The notes beneath the pieces were generated by a model. It saw nothing but the letters and a program-made list of their open reading frames with translations. It searched no databases and was not told the DNA's origin. This document shows positions 25,701 through 37,700 of a DNA stretch of 64,000 bases, piece by piece. Positions within the stretch are counted from its first letter, which is position 1, and each line of letters begins with the position of its first letter. This stretch comes from Gnetum montanum (lineage: Eukaryota > Plantae > Gnetophyta). Where the stretch lies: assembly GCA_015680685.1 (NCBI GenBank), contig MNCI01001594.1:311359-375358 (forward strand). Direction: 5' to 3'. The position numbers and the translations under genes are program-made.

Positions 25701-28700
25701 GTGGTTGGGAATTGGGACTCACACTTGGAGGACCATTTGCAGGCATGCTAACAAGGGCACACAGGGGTATGCTAGGGGTGCCACCACGTGACATCATTCA
25801 GACTAAATACCCCAAAGTTGAAGGTTGGCAGGCTATTTGGAAAGGGAGCCTTCTTGAAAAAATCAAAGTTTTCCTTTGGCTGGCTAGGCATGTTGCACTT
25901 TTGGTGTGCACCGCCCTATGTGGGCAGGGCTTTAACATTAATGATATTTGGCTACTTTGTTCAAGAGCTTCCAAAACGCATAATCATTTTATTTACCAAT
26001 GCTTGTATGTCAATGACACATGGCGAGTTGTTGCTTTTTGTCCTCTGCTCATATTGGACGATGACTCCAAAGCTGTGGTTGTTCTTTGGTGCTTGTGGAG
26101 AATCGACAACAATTGGATTTTCCGATCTTTGCCCCTTCCCCTGCCTACATAGGTTGCGGCTCTCAGGGTAATATTGTGGCACAAAGCTTCTGTAGCAATG
26201 GGGAGGACACCCACCTTTGAGCCTTCATGCAAAGTGTTTCAGGCTAATCAGGTTTTGTGGGGGCTTGTTGAAAGGGTTGGTTGCATTGACCTCCTCCCTC
26301 TGCTTGAGGGGGAGCCTGACCTAGCACATGGTTCTTTCTACAAGACTTGGGCTATGGATTCTACCACCATATAGGGAGTCCAGATTGAGCTCAATGAGGC
26401 GGTGTTGGCACATTTGCTTGGGGTCTTGGCTATCAAGGAGGTCATCCTTTGTACTGGGCATGAGTCATAGGACACGGAGGGTTTCTTTAGTGGGCCTGTG
26501 CCTAAGATGGGGAGTGGGTAGGTCCCCAAGTCAATGCTGTAGTAGCTTTGGCATTGGTAGGATGTGGCTGAGCTCATCGAATGGTTCTTTGTTCAATCTG
26601 GGAACATTTGGAAGTTGTAGGGGGTGCATTTTTCTTTCCTGAAGTGCATGCAACTTGGTTGCAGGGTGAAGCTCCCCTAGATATTTTCTAGCTTTGCTTC
26701 ATCAATAGAGATGAGGTAGACACTTAGGCCTGATTTTGGCCTTGTGGAGTGCCACATAGTCGATTGTTCTGCAGCCTCCATCACATGCATCCTGCATTGC
26801 GGTCTACGGGTGTTGGGTGTTGAGAGGGGGCTGTGGCTTTGGTTGCTCCTTGGCCAGTCTCTCCTGTGGGCATGGAGGTTCCATTGTCTGTGGGGTAGGG
26901 GATGCGATGTTTGCCATCCCTTGATGCTATTCGCTAGGAGCTTTGACACCTATTTGATGAGGAGTTGCAGAGGGCTATGGCAGAGGTTGTTTACCATGCT
27001 TGTGGGGAGGAGAGGGTTGTTTGGGAGGCCTAGTGGTAGGCTCGAGAAGAGGAATTTCAGCACCTCATGACATAGGCTAAGCTGTGCCATGTAGAGAGGG
27101 AGAAAGAGGCAAAGAAGCAGAGAGACCTAGAAGAGGTGATGACCATGGTGGTGCTTGAAGAGGAGTTGTGCAAATAGCTCATAGCTGAAATGCAAGAGGA
27201 GGAGCAGCAATGGGCGGTGCGAGAGCTAGAGGAACAAGAGCGGAGAGAGCGTTATAGGTTGGAAGTTGAGCAGTTACAGAGGCAGCATGACAGGGCACAT
27301 GAGACCAATGTGTGGCTCTAGTTACAGGATGGGAAGTGCCCTTACCTAATCATGGACTATAATTGCAACACTTTGTGGCATGCACTGCAAAGACACATTA
27401 GATGGACTGTTGCTTGGCTTCATCCAAATGCTATTGGTGACTAAGCAGAATGCGCTTGTAAGGAGGAGGCATTTATGGAATTTCAATAGGCTATGGCCTT
27501 TTTTGATATGGAGAGGCATCGGGCTATTCTGCATGCGATTCATGCCCAAGAGATGGCCACTTGTTAGTGTATCAGGCTTCCTAGGTGCTTGTAGAACTAT
27601 GAGTTATTGTTTCATTTGTGGGGGTTGGCAGGCCCCCGGGTTGCATTTGCTATTTTGTCTCTTTTTTCTTTGGCTGTCCTTTTGGGGATGCAGGGGAGGT
27701 CTTTACTTCTTTGATCTGGAATGGTTAAGGGCTCCATGGTTCCCATTGGTGGATGGGATCGTACTTTGTAATCCAGGGTTTATGAGGTCCATTGGGCCTT
27801 GCTTGTTTGATGGTTTGTGGTGGGGTGTTCCCTCCCCAAACTGATGGGGGTGGTCCACCCCCACCAAAAACTTTTTGGCTGTACATAAGTCATGTGGATT
27901 TTATCTTAATATAAATGCCTAAACTCTTCTCAAAAATTTTTAAGCCTCTTATTATTCTAATGCATAATGCTATTCTATTTGCTTGGTTGAGATTGAAAAC
28001 AATTTTTATTTTATTTTATTTAAACAAGTATTCTTGGACTCCATCAATGATGGAGTCCAAGCATGGGTGATAACACCATCATCATGATGGTTATTAGAAA
28101 TGCATGTGCTAGCATAATGCATTTAATGTTGTTGAAGGCACATTGTAGACAAATCTTGGGATTTAGTTGGCATATGTCACCCTTCCTTGTCCTATCAGTG
28201 GTAGGGAAATTAGTGTTGAGATATTGCATGGTGTTAGAGGAATTGGCCTTTGAGGTAGAGGGTTGGAAGTAGTAGGGTAGCCTGTTGTTGAGGGATGCAT
28301 GATGGTTGATGGATCATTGAGGATATGGTGTTTGCAAGTTGTGAGATTAGACATGAAAGTAGGGTTGTGGTGAGTGCCGTATACTGCAAATTGATAGCTA
28401 CCACTCGGTTGCTAAGTAGAACTATGAGTCAAGAGTGAAAGCTTGGCAAACTAAAAACCTTCATTCTAAAAAGGTTGGCAAGGAGAAATGCTCAATGTGA
28501 GAGGCATTGCAAGGATGTTGAGAGGTACTGTCATTCTAAGAGGGTTATAATCTAGCTGGTAGTTAGGGATGAGAAACTCCTTGTTGTAAATGCTGATAAT
28601 GATCGGAGAAACATGTACCCAAAGTGGGTTTTGAGGGGAGAACCCCACTAAGCGTTTAGACTTGCATGTGAGAACAAAGTGTTCACTTGCCATCTGCTTT

Positions 28701-31700
28701 CTTGTGGCAGGGGTGTAGATGATTTCTTCCTTTGAGGTACTTCCCAACTTAGGGGGCAAAGTTGAGAAATTTGGGGAGTTGAATGGTGTGGATTCTATGG
28801 CAATGTTCTTGTCTTTATAGGAAGCTATGCAATGATGGCAGGTCAATGTGGAGGGAGGCTAAGCAGACTCACTTGAACCATAGTCGAAACCACACCTAGA
28901 GTTGTAGTGAATTGTTGAAGTGCCTTGTTGGGCCTTAGCCTGGGACCAAGGATGGGACTTAATGGCATTGGGGCCAAGCTTTGCAGGTGTTCCATCAAGT
29001 AGGCAAAAAGCTTGCAATGGGGAATTTTAGGAACTCTAGTGTGAGTAGTTGCATGTATCTTTGCCAATAGAACATATTTAAATCAAGCAGAAGATTGATG
29101 ACATCCTACACCTTACCTAGGTGAATTTAGCAAAGGAGATGAAAATGAAAATTTGTGGGATATGGAATTTTGTGCTTTAGGGTAAGGTACCTTATGAATT
29201 GTCAACTTAGTTGTGCCTAGACCATCGAAGATGTTTGTTTTTGTAGGTACCACATCTTGTGGATGGAGTTAAGTCAGTGCCAATGACAATGTCAACATTA
29301 TTATTAGTTGTGTTAATATTAATTAGGAAAATGTCTTAGTACTTGTATTATTAATTAGAGATCACAGTAGTGGTAGGGAAGCCATGACAAGATATAACAG
29401 ATGTGGTGATAACATCTGTATCCACAAGTAATCGTATGTATTTATTATAATGTGATGACATCTTATCATGTTTGTTTTCAAAGTTAGATTAATACAAAGC
29501 TAGTAATATATGGCCCAAGTGGTTAGCTCATTGTCTAGTTAGGTAAGAGGTTGCCAATTTGAGTCACACTTGAGACATTGTTATATTCCTATATAATTCC
29601 TCTAATGTATTTTGTTGACTATATGTCTTGTGGTGTACCTATAATCAAATTATTTTGGGTTCTAATATCCTCATGGAGAAAAAAAGGTTGATGCATGGAT
29701 CTTAGGTGCTAAATGATTGTTGGAAGGATCTTAGTTTTAGTCATGAAATAAATGATTGGTGAGCTTTTGGTCTCCTAAATCATCGAGATAATTTCTTTTG
29801 TACCAACATTTAAGTTCATTGGTTAGTTCAAGCATAAATGGGTGTAGTGTCTTGCTATGATTGTTTTCATTAGGAGTTGTCATGGAAGCAAAATGGTATT
29901 TGTTTTCTAGAGTAGGAAGATTTGTCTTTAAGTGGGAGATTGTTTACGGTGTGTAGTCAAATCTTTTGCAATTTATTAGAGAGCACAACATGTGTTTAGT
30001 AGATTATTTGGGTTCTGCCTAATAATAAATAATGCATTTAGGAATTCAGTTGATTATGTTGGGCACATAAATGATATGTTCTTTCAAATAAATTATGGAG
30101 GTGTAACTTCTTGGTAAATGTTTGTGACTTGTATTCTACAAGTCATATGTTCAATTCTAGCATATTATGCCGAGATGTATATAAGCATTGTGCAAAAAAC
30201 ATAGTGGTTGATAGTTGAAACCAAACATTTACATGAAACTTTGACTAGTAGATTCCTAGGGTTGCATAATTTTCACATGAATGTAATAAAATGTTTTCAG
30301 TTTTAGTTTCATTATTTAATAACGCATGATTCATTGGATTAGTTGAGGTATTGTGGGGTAAGTATTTAGTTTTGTTGGGGATTTTTTAGTGGGCTAGTCT
30401 ATTGAAAGAAGGTAATGCCAAGTATCATTATTTGGAGCCTCAATGTTCATCCCTCCTAACCTCTTTTCAAGTGATCACACCCAGGCTCGAACTTGTGTCT
30501 TCAACAAGCACTTTACCATTACTCCAAATGATGATCTCTAAAAATCATGGCTATTATCATCATCATCATTCTAGCCTTGTCGAACAAAATGGGGTCAGCT
30601 ACATGAGTTCTTTTTCGCCATTTGCCTAGAAATCATGACTATATTTATGGAAATTGAAGATAGCTTACATTCATCTTCATTATCTTGGTGCCTTTATCCC
30701 ATTAACATAGCTTAACTAGTTAAGATAGATGAAGGATTTGATGATGATTTTTTTCAATGGTGGGTTGTCTACCTAACGCTATAGTCCTTGAACATATATT
30801 TTTGTTGTACCCCTAGGTGGTATGCATCTCACCATACTCTTTGGAGTCAAATTTGTGACTTAACCACAAGCTACCTACTCTAACCAAGTAAACTATGCCT
30901 CATTAGCAAATAGCTTACATTCATGGTTGTATCTAATTTCACAAAGACGTGGTATTAGAGCCATAATATCCAACAAGATCATTGGTGGCAAGCCTATGAT
31001 GATGAAGGATTGTATCAAATATTGTTGGTTCATGTTTTTAAATTTTTTTCTTTTACTTATTTGCATAGATGACGTGGCCAAGATGTGAAGGGCATACAAT
31101 GAAGTAAATTGTGGGGCTGAGATACAATAGTTCTATGGTGGAGTATATGGTGCAGCTAGGATGTGAGAGTCACTCAACAAAGTATTAGCAAATGGTTAAT
31201 GATCATTTTTGGTTGTGTAAGGCAATTTCTGTTGAGGAGAACATTTTTCTCTTGCTACAAAGTGCGCAAATGCATGTGATGCATATAACATGAAATTAAA
31301 AGGTGTACATGTTATGTCTTATTACTAAAAGTTTGATCTTAATGTTGGTATAGGGAGGTGATTGTTAGGAATAGCAATTCTAGCAATATTTCTTGACGTT
31401 GCCAGTATTAAGTAGCTAAAGGTTGTAGTGCTGATATTGTTAATTAGAGGTAATCTAGGTACAATAAAGAAATTATGATGAGATCAAAGTCACAAAATAG
31501 TAAAGTTCTAGGTTTACACTGAAGAGCTTCTAATTTTACAATGTTTATAAACATTATTATTGAAATAAAGAAAAATGATATATAGATGGTTTTTGAAGTA
31601 TCATTTTTACCTGAAATTCTATTGATTATAGAAATGACTTTTAAAACCTTGTTTGACGGCACCAATGTCTTTCCAATATTCCAAACAATGTTTCTTAGAA

Positions 31701-34700
31701 GAGTAAATGAATTTTTCTCAGATTTTTGCTAGGATTAGAATCATTCTAATCCTCAACCCTTATCTTCTAGGTATACATCGCATGCTTAAGAATCTGTTAA
31801 TATATATATATTTTAACATTCAATCTTTTCAGCAATGGCATTAACATCATTTTTGTGCTCTTCGTGTTAAAAACATTCAATGGATCATATAGTTTATAGG
31901 GTTCTGAATACATAGTTTGAACATGCCATGTTCTAGAGGGGTTTTTCTTTTTCTTTTCTTTCTTTTTATTTTTTTTGTAAAATATGATTTCATATTATAG
32001 GTAATGGTTCTACTTTCCAAAAGATATATAGTTGTTCTTTGTTAACTGTGAGCTCACTTGGAACAAGGAAAACATCTTAAAAAGAAGTCATGTTTATTTT
32101 AAAAGATTGGGCAAGACCAAAGATAATGGTTTTGTTATTAGAGTCTTGAAATACTTCTTATCTTATACAATGTGTTCTACTGCATCAATTTTACATTTGC
32201 ATGAGCATTATCATTGTAGTTGTTTGCTATCTTGCATAGGCTCATGCTATATGAAAATTTTCCATCATTTTCTGCATTGCATGCCGATATTGTTTAGTTG
32301 TAAACCACAAAGGGAATGTAATTCGGTTGCATGTCTCTCAGGTTAAAACTTTATAGGCTTAGTGAAAATCAAATGATTGGTGATGGTAATTGTCAGGTTA
32401 GTTGCTGTTGCTTATTTCTTGAAGTTTTTTTTTTCATGCTATTTTTCAAGACATGAATCCTGTTTGCTAATATTTAGTTTATACGGTTTATTCGTTGAAG
32501 CTTGTGTAGCATATAATAATTTAATGAAATAACAAGAAACCTTCTAAAGACTTATCTTTTCAAGATATCCTAATTATGAATGTTGATGTTTGACATGTGA
32601 CTATAATAAATGATAACTATAATAGCAAGTAGTATATCCGTTGGGTAGATTTAATGGGCATTACTTTAATATTTACTTGCGAGTGATATGAGGTTAGCAT
32701 TCGTGGCTGTAGGCTTTATACATGTAAGCATGAGAAAAATCTCGATTAATTCTAAAACAATGGAGCAATGGATTGTTACAAACATTACAAGTTGTGTAAT
32801 GCAGAATTAAACAATATTGGCAACACAGTACTAATGACTGATGCAGAAATTATGTAGAATATTATGAGAGAGAGAGAAAGGGAAAGCAGGATAACAACGT
32901 TTTCATATCTTTTATCTATAGATTAAAAATGCGGATCGGATTGTGATTGCCTTTTAAAGCAAAAGATTCTGGATTACAGATTCCTTAAAATTGCAACCAG
33001 AATCACGTGGAATTGTACAAGTAGAAAAACAATTTAAAATAAAGATGTTAAAGATTTTTATAATGATAAACACTTTTGTTAACAAAAACATTCAGTAAGA
33101 AACGAAGTACCTACCAAAAATGCCTTTGATAATTTAAGGATGTTCAAAAGGAGGAATTTTTATTTACAGTGTTGGAACCCAAAGTAAATGAAACATAGGT
33201 ACATTGCAAGATTTATAGTAGTTTATAACTCAATGCTACATAGTAGAATTGAACTTGTGACCTGGGTTACCAAACTAAGACCCATACTACTAAGCTTACA
33301 CTTCATTGTAAAATTTTTATTTAGACTTAGTATAAGCCTTTATTTAATGTAGTAAACACATCAGGAAGAGAAATACCCACAAAAGCCAACCCAATAGGCA
33401 ACACTAACGTTGAAGAGTAAAGTATGAAGTAAATGTGTGTGTGGAAATACGTTTGCACACCCAAGGGAGGCAAGACTTCAAGTTTTCATTCTACTTGTTT
33501 TTGTTGTTGAGCAACCTCATTTGAAAAGTGGCATCCATGAAGGGGTAGAAGCATGGGCAGGGTATACATAAATTGCATCGACCACTGTGGTAGACTAGCA
33601 ATAATCATGTTGAATATCTACTTCTGCTTTCTAACCAAAGGCTTCAACATTGCAAGCACCATCAGTTACACTTGTATTATACTACCTATGAATGCCCAAG
33701 CCACCAGAATCAATGAACTATCACTGGTGCTAAATTCTGACAGTCTTCATCATCACACGGCTGGCCACCAACTCAATTGAAAATGATGCTAAAATCATTA
33801 ATGCACCACTTGACGTGCTACTGCCACCATATACGTTTATGTTGTACTCAATTTTGTTGATTATGTCTAATGAAATTGAAGGGACCACCACCTGGACGTG
33901 GAAGATGATGTGTAGACGTTCCACATTATTAGGAGATTGATCTCATCCTTTTATTTATTCTAAATAAGATGAGATCCTAGTTGTCCATGCTTATCCATAC
34001 CCATGATTATCTCATCCATAAATAAGATGATAAGGATCATTCCCATGATTTTAGAGACTCATGCTTATCTCTTCAAATCCATTCTTGGAAGGATCCAAGT
34101 CTATATAATTGTAGCATCACATATTCATAAACATATAGATTCTAGATTAACAGATTGTAAGTGTGTTTTTTTGTTCTAACAAAGATCTTTAATTTCTGTT
34201 TAGCATAGATAGTAGATCCAGGGCCCTTTAGATTCAGATTTCTCATTTGGTATCGGAGCTCAGTTAGCTCAGATTCTTGACAACAGATCTCTCTAGAATG
34301 GCCCAAAATAACGGATCTGTCTCTTCAAATTCCTATATTCAATGGAGAAAATTATGAATATTGGGCAATCAAGATGAAGACATTTATGATCTCACAAGAT
34401 CTATGGGATATTGTTGAAGGTGGATTTCAAGATGCTGGTCAAGCAACATTTCAAGCCCTGATAGAAGATGAAAAGAATGAAGTCAAGAAGCTTCATAAGA
34501 AAGATGCAAAAGCATTATTCATCATTCAATTTGGGTTAGATCTGACAATCTTTCCCAAAATCGTCATGCATCCAACAAGCAAAGCTGCATGGGATGCACT
34601 GGAGATTGCATACAAGGGATCATTAAAAGTTCGTGTTGTCAAGTTACAAGCTTTAAGGAAAGATTTTGAATCTTTGCACATGCTAGATTCAGAGAATATT

Positions 34701-37700
34701 GATCAATACATCAGCTGATTTCAACAAGTTCGAAATGGATTTGAATCTTGTGGAGAAACGCTTGAGGAAAGGCGTGCTGTTGAAAAGATCCTTCGAAGTG
34801 TGACCCGACAATATGATCCTATCGTTGTGGCTATTGAAGAAGCAAGAGATCTCAATAAGATGACCATGGTTGAGCTCGTAGGAAGCTTGAAGACATACGA
34901 GCAAAGAATTGCTGATTGTGAGGATTCAACAACAAATGCATTTCAAGCACAATTCCAGAGATCATTCAATCAAAATGAAAATCAAAGATCCTCAAGTGGA
35001 TCCTCATTCAGAGGACGTGGACACGGTTGCGGCAGATCCGAAGGTCGTGGTCATGGAAGATCAAATCAATCAAATGAAGGTAAGCATTGTGATTTCTGTG
35101 GTACCAACACCGACAATACTCATGAATGTTGGTCTAGGAAGAAGCATGAAAAGAAAGGCAAAGCAAAAATTGCAGAAGATGGAGATCACCACAAGAATCA
35201 CCAAAAAGGTGAGCAATTGTTTTATACTGAAGAGGAGGAAGATCACCTCCTGATCTCTACAAAGGCATCAGATGCTAGTGACAACAACACATGGTATGTT
35301 GATAGTGGGTGCAGCAATCACATGACTAGGAACAAGAAACTCTTCTCAAGTCTGGAAACATATGATGGAAAGGTCACCATAGGTAATGGGAAGAAGTTAA
35401 CCATTGCTGGCATTGGATTGCTTGCCTTCACAACCACGCAAGGTAACAACTATGTTATTTCCCAGATCTACTTTGTTCCAGATCTTTCAAAGAATTTATT
35501 AAGTGTGGAACAATTATGTCGCAATGGGTATCGTGTTGCATTTGAAAAGAATGTTTGTAAAATCTCTAAGGCTGATGATGATAAGGGTATTGCCATTATC
35601 CCTATTAGCAAAAATCAAATGTATAAGTTGCAGATGCAAAAGGATGTTCAATGTTTGACTGTCATTGATGACGTTGCATGGTTGTGGCATGCTCGATTAG
35701 GACATGTCAACTTTGGCTCAATGGACCGCATGTAGAAAGGACTTGTCAGAGGTATGCCAACACTTTCTTTGCCCAATAGTCATGATTGTCACATATGTCA
35801 ACTAGGAAAAATCACAAGATTGCCATTTCCTAGGAAAGAACATAGATCTCAAGAAAAATTAGATCTAGTTCATATGGATTTGTGCGGTCCCATGCAAGCA
35901 TTGAGCCTAGGCAAAAACCGCTATATGTTAATCATCATGGATGATTTTTCCAGATTTGCTTGGGGTTATTTTATGAAATTAAAAGATCAAACATTGGGAT
36001 TGTTTAGAGAATTCAAGGTGGCGGTAGAAAATCAAAGTGGCAATACAATCAAGCAAATTTGAATAGATCGTGGTGGTGAATTTTTGTCCCAAGAATTTGA
36101 GGAATTCTGCAAGAAGAATGGAATTATTCATCAAACTACCACATCCTATACACCCCAACAAAATGGAGTAGCTGAAAGGAAAAATAGAACTGTGGTTGAA
36201 ATGGCCAGGTGTTTACTGCAACTGTCAAACTTAGCGGATACGTTTTGGGCAGAAGCTTGTGCAACATCAATTTATCTTTTAAATAGAGTGCCTTCCAGAT
36301 CAATTCACAATAAAACACCCCATGAATTCTGGCATGGTCATACACCTAATATTTCACATTTGAAAATCTTTGGTTCACCTTGTTATGTGCACATCCCTGC
36401 CCAAAACAGACAAAAATTAGATGGCAAAGCTATGCCTTGTATTTTCATTGGATATTCTCCCACATCTAAAGTTTACAGGTGCTATGATAAAAACAATCAC
36501 TAGGTCGTTGATTCCCGTGACGTCAATTTTTTGGAACAGGACTGCATTGACCACAATCTGTTTTTTCCAGCAACAAAAATGTTTTGCGCAGGCCCCAGCA
36601 TCGGCGTGCTTTTTGAGCACCCTCCAGTCTATTCTCTTTGCAATGCCAAACCCACTCTAGCGATGCTAGGTTGGCACACGTCTCGAGACTCTTCTACTAG
36701 ACGGGGACGTCCTTCCCAGAATCACGGACACCATGGGAACTGTGTGACTCGCAGGCCCCAATGGCCCTTTGTTTCCGTAGGGTCTGCCTCGCTTGTTTCC
36801 CACGCACTGGTGCCTCTCCTTCCTCACCAATGCTCCTTCCATTTCGTGCAACAACAGCTAGGCATCAATTTCGGTGCCCTAGCTCCACGTTTTTTGGTTC
36901 TTGAGTCGTCATTCCCTCCAACTGCCAATTCCATTATTCCGACAGCATCCAATCTGCATTTCTTGCATCTGCTAGCACACAATCCACCCTTTTTGGACTC
37001 CCTTCCATCCACCATTCTATCCAATGCTGCTCCTTGTGGGCCTCTAGCTCCACGTGCTTCTGTGTCGACGTCTACGCACATTTTCCTTCCTCTTTTTGCT
37101 TCATTTTCTGCAAAAATGCCCTTTCTGATTCGGTTAGTAGCCGCACCCTTCCAAGTCCTTCCCTCTGCACCAACCATGACTCCTCCTCGGTGGTCTCCTT
37201 CTTCCTCACGGGTGGTTGTCTCTCACCCAGCCTCCCAAATGCTGGATCTAAATTTTCACCGCCGCCTAATCTGTAGTCATTCTCACTAGCACCATGTCCA
37301 ACCAACCCAGGGTGATGTAGACGTTGCCACTGCTCTCTTCTCCAATGTGGGTGATGACTTCTACGCGTTGCTTATGTCGATTGGGGGGGGGGGACTCTGA
37401 TGGTCTGGTAGAACCATCCACCGTCGTCAAAGCTGTGCTGGATGATCGTTGGATTGCAGCAATGGAACGTGAGCTACAACAAATCAATAAAAACAACACT
37501 TGTAGTCTAGTTCCTCGTCCATTTGGTAAGCCTGTCATCGGCTTAAAATGGATATTTAAACTCAAGAGAAATCAATATGGTGAATTAGACAAATTCAAAG
37601 CTCGCCTAGTTGCCAAGGGCTATCTCCAACAACAAGGCAGAGACTTTGATGACAACTTTGCTCCCGTTTCACGAATGGAATTTGTGAAAATCTTTCTAGC

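Noticed and set aside
36531-37289. 252-aa ORF and antisense ORFs as an independent gene
   Set aside because: Lie within the GC-rich copia IN-RT linker; low complexity and no motif
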